Part shown: positions 54,426 to 64,000 of the stretch, in pieces
Position numbering within the stretch: the first letter of the stretch is position 1
Layout of the letters: every line of letters begins with the position of its first letter
Assembly (NCBI RefSeq): GCF_009914755.1
Contig: NC_060926.1
From: the human T2T-CHM13v2.0 reference genome, Homo sapiens
Length of the DNA: 64,000 nt
Direction: 5' to 3' (one strand)
Made by a program: the position numbers and the translations under genes
The notes under the pieces: model-generated
What the model saw: only the letters and a program-made list of their open reading frames with translations
What the model was told of the DNA's origin: nothing
Database searches by the model: none

Positions 54426-57400
54426 TAGTGTAAACCTCTCTCCAATTCAAGCCTCTCAGCCTCAGCTTCTCGACGGCTCTGGCTGCTGGCATCAGCCCTC
54501 CCCAGAGAACAGGACCTCAGCTGAAAGGACAGCCGTCCCTCTAGGGGTCCACCCATGAGCACTTCTCCGGGACCTGCTTTGGTTAGAAAATACTTTCTGA
54601 AGAGGTGCCCCTAGCGGTTTGTGCCTCCATGCCCTCTTACTGCTCCCTTCTTGGGGTATACCTGGTATCCAGCGAGTGCCCATACACAACCCCCCAATTT
54701 CAACCTTGAGCAACGAATGTTGTGGAGCCAGGTAGACCCAAGCTCAAGTTCCAGCTCTGTGTCGACTTGGAGATGCTGCCTGACTGTCTCCAAAAGGAAT
54801 GGGATGAAATGCTTTCCGGGTGATGAGCTGATGTAGGCAACGTGCCTGGCACTGGCCTGGCTTGAGGCGGGGGCCCTGGAGAGTGTGCTGAGGTGGTGGA
54901 AGCCGTATGGGGAGGCCAGGGAGTAGGGTGTGGGGCACGTGTCCAGCATCGAGCTCTGTCCACAGGCCTGTTCCACAGTCCTGCTCCGGAGCGCTCCCCC
55001 GCCCCTACCCACCGGATCCCTCAGCTGCAGACCTTTCCTTCTTCGTGGAGTTAACCTTGACACACGCACATGCGCATATGGGTGCCCACACCCATACGTG
55101 TGCCTGTGTGTCTGCACACACACCTCTGGTGACAGCACGTCTCTGGCCACCTCTAGGTTTTACTGCTTCAAATAGCTGCAAGATGCTCCAGTTGAACTGC
55201 AAAGTCTAGAGGCTTCCTCAGGCCTCCCCCACACCCTCAGTTGCACTTTGAAGCTCCTCTCCCTTTCACTTCCTGGGATTCTGCCCCGGCCTCATGGGGT
55301 TCCTTGTTTTGACCCAGGCTCCAAGTCCTGAAGGGCCTGGTCGCTGGATTCTCCTCTTAGCCTGAAGGGGTAAGAAGTGAAAAAGACCCAGGACCCTAGG
55401 CTTTCCTTGCTAGCTCTGCCACTTCCTATTTGAGCAGCTCCCTCCGCCTTCCTCACCTCTAACCAAGAGCATGGTGGCCTCTGCGTTAATATCTACCTTG
55501 TGGGGTTGTTGGAGAGAGGCAATGAGAGGGTGTACAGGTCACTCAGCACAGCCACCAATCCCCACCCCCCCACACACCGTCGGCCTCCTGCTGGAGTTCC
55601 CTCCCCTCCTGGATCTCAGCCAGGTCTTGGGAAGGCCGGGCAGGCAGACAGGCAGGGGTGGGGGAGGTTCCTGAGGGGTAAGCAGCTCCTGGGAGCCCTT
55701 CAAATCATTCCCAGAGGCAGCTGCCTGTGCAGAAGGCTGGGGCTGACGCCGCGCCAAGAGTGGAGGGCTCTGCGGGCTCCAGAGCCTCTCGCCGGGAAGC
55801 TGCTCCCCAGGCACCCACCCACGCGCACACGGCCCTCAGGAGCCCTGGCGGAGGGCGGGCTGGGTGTGCACGTGCGTGTGTGTGTGTCCAAGAGTGTGCG
55901 CGGAAACGCTAAGTGACTTGTACAAGCTCATCCTGCAGGTGGGCCTCCATGCTACCCTCCAACCCGACTCCAGGACTCTCATTGGAGGAAGGGCAGTCCC
56001 ATCCTTTCCTGGGTTCCACTGTAGCATTCCCTGGGGAGCTCCGCCCGCCACTGGCACGCCGGGGACAACAGGGGCTCGCCATAGCCAGGCTAGGGACCAT
56101 CCTAGTATCATCTACTTCTGCCTCTTTCCTGAGGACAGTGGTGGGTCGGGGGATGATGTTGGGGGCTCGGGACGGCGGGCAGGAGTTCTTAGCACTGCTC
56201 TCAGCTTTGACACTGGCCTTGTGATGACTTCAGTCTCAGATTCCCCAACTGTCAAGTGGGGACGACAATCCAAAGCTGTTGTGAGGACCCCATGGGTCTT
56301 GCACAAGAAATTACCCAGCAAAGGCTGCCCCTCGGGATATGAAGATGGAAGAAGCTCCTGTCTTCTCACCCCTGTCTTGGCAGGGCCGGGGGAGAGCTGA
56401 GCCCGAGGAGGGACTGAGCCCAAGGAAGGACTTCCTCTCCTGGCCCTGAGGGTGGTTGGACCCACAGCTGCAGATGAAGTTCTTGGCCACACAGAAAATT
56501 GGGGCTGACCCCCACCCGTGCAGGCCCCAGGTTGGAAGTGGGCCACATACATGGGAACTGTCCACTGAAGTACAGGTGACCTCAGAGGAGGACCAAGGTG
56601 ATCCGGCTGGGGCAAGGACAGCATCTGTAGCCCGCGTGTCCACAGGGAGCATCTGAGTCCTGGAGAAGTGTGGTGGTTTCTGGGCCGGGAAAGTAGGGCT
56701 AGGGTGGAGAGTGTGGGTGTGGGGGAGGAGGATGCCGTAAACCCTGCCCTGCCCTGCCCTGGGGGTCTCACTCACAGGCACAGAGCTGGACAGCATTTTC
56801 ACTAACGTAATCTTTCTACTTGCCTGGAAGAATCTGAGGAAGGTTATCTGAGCCTAGTCTCACCAGATGCCACGCAATTCAGTATGGCCTTGCTGAGGGT
56901 TCTCTCCATGGCCCCCAGCCTGTGAGGGACACACAATATTTACTAACTCACTGGTGGCTGAGTCATCATCCACTCGTTCATTTATTCCACAAAGACGGCT
57001 CTGATCACACCCGCGGCAAGTGGCCGGCACTCCCTGGAGCTCCAGGCATCTTGTCTCTCGCATGCACCAGGCTCTCTGCAGCAGATGCTCTTGGGTGTTC
57101 CTGTGGGCAGGGCACACCCCGTCCTCCACACAGCCCAGCTCCCAGCTCGGTGCCTGACCTAGGCCAGCCCTTGGTGAAGAGCAGGGAAATGGACGGCAGA
57201 CATGGGGGCAGGCATGGGGCGTAGAGGGGACCCCACCTGCCTCCCACAAGCTGCCCGTAGCTGGAGGGCTGTTCATAAATAATTCGAGCTCAGGTGTGAG
57301 GGGTGTATCGCTTCCCTCATCCCAGTGGGGCTGCAACACACAAGGGTGAAACTGACTTCAGCGACAGGAGCCCGGGGTGGGGGAGGGCCGGATGTCCTGA

Positions 57401-57509
57401 GTCCCGGGGTCACAGATGTCTCGGATGGTGGGATATTCTCAGAGCCCTCAAGCCACGTGGAAAACACATCCTGAGCCTTTCCAGCAGGAAGAGCAGGTGA
57501 AGAAGGTTG

Positions 57510-57710
57510 GAGAACCTAGATGCCAGATTGAGGCTTAGCTCTGTTCTCTGCTGGCAACTGGCAAGCCGTTTAATGTCTCTGAGCCTCAGTTTCCCATTTG
57601 TAAAATGGGAACCATGGCAGTGCCTACCCCTCAGGTTGCTGTGAAGACTAAACGAGATGATATAGGTAAAGGGGACGGAACAGGGCCTGGTGTATAGTAG
57701 ATAAGTATTT
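57510..57710 (+). mobile_element. MIR SINE
   Basis: tctctgagcctcagtttcccatttgtaaaatggga...cctacccctcaggttgctgtgaagactaaacgagat. Confidence 0.75.
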
Positions 57711-60700
57711 GTTATTTTTAGCATTTATTTCTTCATTCTTTCCTTCCCACAAGTGTTTGTCAAGCACAAACTATGTGCTAGGCCCTGGGGATGTAGCTGA
57801 AAGTAAGGATCCCAGTGCCTTGGAGCTTATTGGTTCCAGCCCAAGATACCTACTGCAGCAGCTGCTCTGTGGGTGACGTGAGTTCCAGGGCATGAGCCTG
57901 ATTTTTAAATTGCAAAGTAATAATGATGATACCAAATCTGGGGCCAGGATGGGAAGCAGGTATCCTTCTCCCCAAAGGCCTCCCGGCAGCTGGCTGAGAG
58001 ACACATTCTATGTGGGAGGCAGGAGGCAGGAGCCCCAAGTGTTGGAGCCGTGGGTCCCCTGAATGCAGAGTGAGTTACTATGGTCAGGAATGGGGTGGGT
58101 GCTTGCTGGCAGGGCTGTTTTTGTCGTGAGCACAGAGACGCAGCCATTTGCCCGGAGTAACTATGCACACTGGACTGGGGCTGCAGCAGTCACGCCTACC
58201 CAACCCCTGCTCCCCTGCTTGCCCTCGGTCTGGTGGTGTCCCTGTTTCCCTTTCCCTGCACGGCTTCCGTCCCCTCCTCCAGCATGCAGGGGCTCCTTGA
58301 AGCCACGTCTGTGGCCTTCTTGACCTTCAGCCCCGTAGCCAGCCATCCCCAGCCCTCAGATCAGACTGGTCCAGCCCTTTTATTCCCGGGGCCCTCTGGA
58401 CGCTGCCTTCCCCACTTGGCCATGTCAGGGTTATCTCCAACTGAGCACCACCTACCCTCACCCCACCCCCAGCCTAGCTGGCAGGTGGCCCCGAGGCAAG
58501 CCCAGGAGGATGCCTGCTCATCTGGGTGCAACACCATCCAAGCCTCCCCCGCGACTTGAAATCCCCCTCCCCATCAGCAAGGGTGCAATGCTGGGTCACT
58601 CAGAGACGTGAACCCCTTGACAGGACCCTGCCCGGCCTTAGGAAGCTTGGGGGCCCCCGGATGATGATAAGCTGGATGCTAAGAAGCCAGGTGGTCTGGG
58701 CAGGGCTGGACTCTCTGTGACCTGGGAGGCCAGGACATCCAGGGCCCTGGCAGAGTCGTCCACCAGGTGTCCATCCTCATGGGCCCCACTGTGGGGGCAG
58801 TGGAGCCACCCAGCATGGAGTGTGTGCTGTCCACTGCTATGGGTCAACAGGCACAGGAATGAAGCCCCGGGAGGTGCTGTTTGTCCTGGTGTTTGTAGAA
58901 AGCAAACAATGGGATGCCTTTGTGAGTGCTCACACCGCACTGGGTGCCCGGGAGCGTTTGGCTTTCATGCCTGGCTTTCATGTCCCCACTGAGCAGGCTT
59001 CTACCACCCCACCCTCAGGTGAGATCACATCTCCCCAGTCCTCGCCACTGCCACACCCTGGTTCAGAGGTCCCTCGGGGCACCCGGAAGCTGGCCCTTCG
59101 TCCCAGCCTGGGCTGGGGCTGACTCTCAGAGCTGCGGGTCCTCACGTGGAAGATGGACATGAGACTCGTGTTCTGACCGAAAGAGTTGCTGTCAGGGTCC
59201 GAGGAACTTGCGGGAAGTGACTGTATCAATATAACCACACTGTCACAGTGGCTCATTTTTGTCGTAATGATTAAGAATGCTGTTGCTCTGATTTGGTAGT
59301 TAACTGTCACTCCGAGGTTCTCGAAAAGACAGTAAAAACAAGCCAGTCAGAGTGACATTCCTTCATTCACTCAAAAATATTGGTTGACTACCTACAGTGT
59401 GTCAGGCACTGTTCTGGGCCCTGTAGACCAGACACTCAAGGCTAGGGACGAAGCCTCCTTTACCAGGCCTGCCACGTGGTCAGACAGCAGTGTCCAGAGA
59501 TAGGCGGTGGGTGTGTGGGGCACTGTTTGGAGACTGACTGTCCCAGAAGAAACCAGGACAGCCAGAGGACAGAGGTCCTGGCACGTCCAGTGGAGGGGAG
59601 GAGGTGTCATCCCATGGTCGACCTGGAGACTGCAGTTCAGGGAGGGGGACTGGTCCATGAGGTCAGCAGTGGCAGGGCTACCACCTGTGCCTCTCGCCTT
59701 CACACTCACCATGCCCACTGCCTCTCGGGTAGATGGAGGCACAGCTGGCCCTCCCGGGTCCAGCGGGAGAGCAGGGAGAGGGAGAGGATGAAAAAGCAAG
59801 TCACATGGATTTGCTAGCTCCGACCCTCCAAGTCGTCACTGGCCATCTGCTGGCATGGTGTCCACTCCTGTGCGGGGAGAGACTCCACAGGTCCCAGATG
59901 GAGCTGCTTTTCTTCCCTTGCAAATGGATTTCCCTTTCTGTCTTCCTAAATACCAATATAGCACATTCATTTACAGATCCTTTATTCATTCATCATATTT
60001 TGTCAAACAAGGCAGAGTGCTAGGCACTGGGATCAGCAGGGAACAAAGTAGATCAAACCCCTGCCCTCCAGGGATTCACATTTTGGCGTGTGGGTGGCGC
60101 GGGTTTGGGAGGGGTGAAACTTGGAGAAATCTGTGTACATGTCAGGTGGGGCCGAGGGGTAGGGAGGAGAAAGCGAGTGCCAGGTCCCTGAGCTGCTCAG
60201 CAGGGAAGCTCCCAGCCTTTCTGGCTTCCTCTATTGGCCTCAGAATACCCAGCTCCCGCTAATTCTGCCCAGGCTGTGAGTCCTCATCCCTGGTTGCCCT
60301 GCTGCCTGGGTTTGTCCCTAGTCCTTTCCTGCCTGGCCTGGTGCATCCCCCTCCATCCAGCCTCCTGAGACACCTGTGCCCCTGCCTCTCTGCACGTGAA
60401 TCCCCCTTTAGGCAGCTGCTGCTCCCCTAGTGGTCCGACTCCAGCTCGTTGGGCCCCGGAAGCTCTTCTCAGCCAGGCCTCGACTTCCTTCCTGGCCTCA
60501 CCCCTGCTCGGCGCTGATCCCCCGGTTCCAGTCCCACTCAACCTTTTCCAACGTGCACAGTGCCCATGTACCCTTGTGCCATTTTGTACACAATTCTCTC
60601 CACGTGATTGTCTTTTCCCCACTACCTCCTTCGGGGATTGACTTAGCTTCTCTGAGTCTCAGTTTCCTCATCTGTAAAACACGATTAACAAAAGGCTGTT

Positions 60701-62035
60701 GTGCAGATTAAACAAGGTGCTATATGGAGAACACGTGCCTAGCTATAAACCTGAAGCTTATGGCAGGGGCTTCATAAATGTTGGTGTCCAAACTTCTCTT
60801 CCCTGTGAGTGATGGGGAGCCACGGTGGGCTGAAGAGGGAGTGCTTGATTGGAACTGTGCGGGGTGGGGGTTCTTCAGGGCAGAGGGGCTGTCGATGGGC
60901 AGAGCTGCTCAAAGGGCGAGCTGATGGTTCTGGGAGGCAGTGAGCAGAGTCTGAGGCAAGGTGGTTACAGCAGGAGGGAGGCACAAGCCACAGGCCTGAT
61001 GATCCTGCCTGGGAGGGGACACTGAGGGAGGGAGAGATGGCCAGTGCCACCGAGCTGTCCATTAGGGGCATTGAGGTGGGACTGGGGAGGAGGGAGGCTG
61101 GTGGCAGGTCTGGAAAGAAGCAGGAAGGTTTGGGAGGAGCAGGGGAGGGGACCATCCCAGTGGAGGATCTGGCAGGCAGCAGGGAATGTGGGTCAGGACC
61201 CAGGACAAAGGCCAAGGCTTTCAGAGAGAAGAAGTAGCCTGCCCAAGGTCCCAGGCCATGGCTGGGCAAAGTGCCTCTGGACTGGGAACTGACCCATCAG
61301 ACGAGGCTGTGTCCAGAAATGGTAGAAACCTCCCATCTTTGCTGTTCTAGGGCGTGGATGGGTGGCCAGATTTGGGCAGAGCACAGGGTACCAGGGCTAG
61401 AGGCGTTCACCCCATGGGACCAAGCACTGACCTGGCAAAGCCAAAGCACCAGGCCTGGATGGGTTCTGGGGCCACAAGCTTGGCCAATGTGTAAACACAT
61501 GGTCACCATGATAACACAGGTGTCCACTATGTGGGACACTCCAGAGAGCAGGAAGGTCAGGGAGGGCCTCTTGAAGGTGACCCCTAAGACAAATCTTGCC
61601 ACCTGTGCTATTTTCTGAAACTTTCTATACCATTATTAATGTAGTATTTTTCTTTAATTCACTTAAAAAAGGCCCTCTTGCATTTATTGTACAGGAAACC
61701 GTACCACTACCATCAACAGAAAAGCACATCATCTGCCCTGAGTAGAAGGCAATACACACAAGAAAGGCTAGCCAGCTCCCTCCTGACGCTGCTGCCTGCA
61801 GGACAGCTCTGAGGCCTGCTCTCTGCGAATAAGTGAGATTAATGAGTGCTAGAAAGATGTTAGAGCTTGCTAGCATCAAACTCCTTGATATAATTAGCAG
61901 CTGTTGAAAAGGAACTTATTGAAAAGGGAATAACTTTCTTCCGGTGGAGTTCATGTTATTTAACTGGGGTACCAGCCTCACACAGAGGGCAAAATCGTCT
62001 TACAGGGTGAGTTGAAATTTGCCAGCCTTGCATGA

Positions 62036-62110
62036 GTGTGCATGTGAATGAGTGTGTGTGCGTGTGTGCTGGTGTGTATTGGTGTGTGTGTGTGTGTGTG
62101 TGTGTGTGTT
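62036..62110. repeat. (TG)n microsatellite, interrupted
   Basis: Read directly. Confidence 0.9.
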
Positions 62111-62404
62111 GATGAGAGTGTGAGGGTGGGAGTGGAGGGCTCCAGGGAAGGTGTCTGTGGCAGAGTTGAGAAATTGCTTGGGTGCATGGAGGTGACGTTG
62201 CTCCTTCCAGTGAGGCTGCAGTGACAGGTGCCAGGGGATCATGGCCGGGATGAGACGGGGTGCAGACCTAAGGCCCTGAAACCGACTGTCCCAGGAAACC
62301 TTGCTCTGCTGGAAACCTGGGAGACCTGGGCCTCATCAGCTGATGGACTGACTCAAGGTGGCCTCAGGCTGGTGGATCAGTGGGTTTGGGGGAGCGGGAG
62401 CCCC

Positions 62405-62912
62405 TCCCCCAACTGACTCCAGTGTGTGTTGTTCCCTTCCCTGTGTCTAAGTGTTCACATTGTTCAGCTCCCACGTATAAGTGAGAACATGCGGTGCTTG
62501 GTTTTCTGTTCCTGTGTAAGTTTGCTGAGGATAATGGCTTCCAGCTCCATCCATGTCCTTGCAAAGAACATGATCTTGTTCCTTTTTATGGCTGCATAAT
62601 ATTCCATGGTGTATATGTACCATATTTTCTTTATCCAGTCTATCATTGATGGGCATTTGGGTTGATTTCATGTCTTTGCTATTGTAAATAGTGCTGCAAT
62701 GAACATACACATACATACACACACACATACATGTATTTTTTAATAGAATGATTTATAATCCTTTGGGTATATACCCATTAATGGGATTGCAGGGTCAAAT
62801 GGTATTTCTGGTTCTAGGTCTTTGAGGAATCACCACACTGTCTTCCACAGTGGTTAAACTAACTTACATTCCCACCAACGGTGTAAAAGAGGTCCTATTT
62901 CTCCACACCCTG
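62405..62912 (-). mobile_element. L1PA (older primate L1) 3' fragment with an internal (CA/TACA) microsatellite
   Basis: Minus-strand translation MIDWIKKIWYIYTMEYYAAIKRN...WMELEAIILSKLTQEQKTKHRMFSLI is the L1 ORF2 C-terminus. Confidence 0.9.
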
Positions 62913-64000
62913 CTTTCACTCTCCTGCCTCTAGAGGCCTCCCCCAGGGTCCCTGAGCCCAACCCATGCCCCTTCTCAGGAGAAGTGCCAGGCTTGGGGAG
63001 GCATTTCCCTCAACTGTGTCCAATGACTGCCCCCTGCCCTGCCCCGGGGGTTCTGTGACTGCGTGCACAAGCATGTGTGGGCATTTATTTGGGCCCCTGC
63101 AATTATGGCATGTGTTTGTGTGTGCATCCGAGTGCATCTGTGGGTGCATGTGTGCAGTGCATGTGTACCCCTATGTGTACACACACGCACACATGCAGTT
63201 GGACACACAGGGCCATCTTGCATCAGCCTAGGCAGCTAAGTCCCTGAGTGGAGGGACCTCTACTGCTCAGGAAGCTTCCTGACCACACCTGCTTCTCTCT
63301 GTCCATATTCACAGAGGCTGCACAACCTGCCCAGGTCCCTTGGTGCACACCTTATGTCTTTTTGCAGGAAGTTTATTTGAAAAATTCTGGAATTTCAGGA
63401 ATTCATGGGGTTATTTAAGGCTTCGAGGCAGAAAGAGCAAATAAGAAAATGAGCTTGGGACAGGGCTTCCACCTGAGTCACAACTTCTCAGGGAGCAGGG
63501 TTGTGGGGGCTGGGAGATGATGGGGGAGGCAAGGAAATTCCAGGCACTGACTCCTCCCTATGCCAGGCCCCGGGGAAAGTGCACAGCATGGAGTCAGGGT
63601 TATTAGACAGAGCCATGGAGACAGAATTCAGCCAGCGATGCAGACGGATTCGAAAAGTCCAGCCTTCTAAGGGATGAGTACTTGGTCCTCTTGGAATTTT
63701 AGTTTCCTCATCTATAAAATGGGGCCAGGTGACAGAGCCTGCCCCTGGAGCTTGTGGGGATTGGATGAAATAGGCATGAGATGACTTGGCACAGTGCCTG
63801 GCACACAGCAAACTGTAGATAAAGAAACAGAGACCCAGAGAGGTTAAAAAACCTGTCTAGGGTCACGCTGCCCTGAGAAAGAGCTGGACTTCAAGGTCAG
63901 TTTGTCTCAACTCCCAGGCCCCCAGCCACCTACATTATTAGGTTGTTACGGGCCAAGATTGGTTCGCCAAAGCCCCTGGCAGGGTGTGTTCTGGACTTCC

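Overview
Primate (almost certainly human, 2q14.2) genomic DNA. It holds one protein-coding gene, INHBB (inhibin/activin beta-B). The gene has two coding exons (4935-5382 and 7844-8619; 407 aa prepro-protein), a large CpG-island promoter and a ~1.9 kb 3' UTR. The remaining ~53 kb is downstream intergenic sequence filled with old repeats (Alu, L1, L2, MIR, MER DNA transposons, MLT1 LTR) and microsatellites, plus a few non-repetitive motif-dense islands that look like enhancers. Nearly all entries in the ORF track are GC-rich or repeat artefacts. I see no new multi-gene system. The most unusual object is a ~1.4 kb compound tandem array at 50105-51500. It is built from CATGAGA heptamers punctuated by CATTGA hexamers, has visible higher-order structure and starts at a 12-bp palindrome. 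It carries an AGAC (Smad core) in most units, is stop-free in all three antisense frames, and sits next to an inverted CAGA-box pair ~42 kb downstream of a gene whose product signals through SMAD2/3. Secondary points: a perfect kappaB site beside a G-quadruplex upstream of the promoter, uORFs that would apply only to a long leader, clustered miRNA seed sites in the 3' UTR, and an 84-bp dispersed duplication. All repeat-family and motif calls were made by eye, without RepeatMasker or PWM scans.
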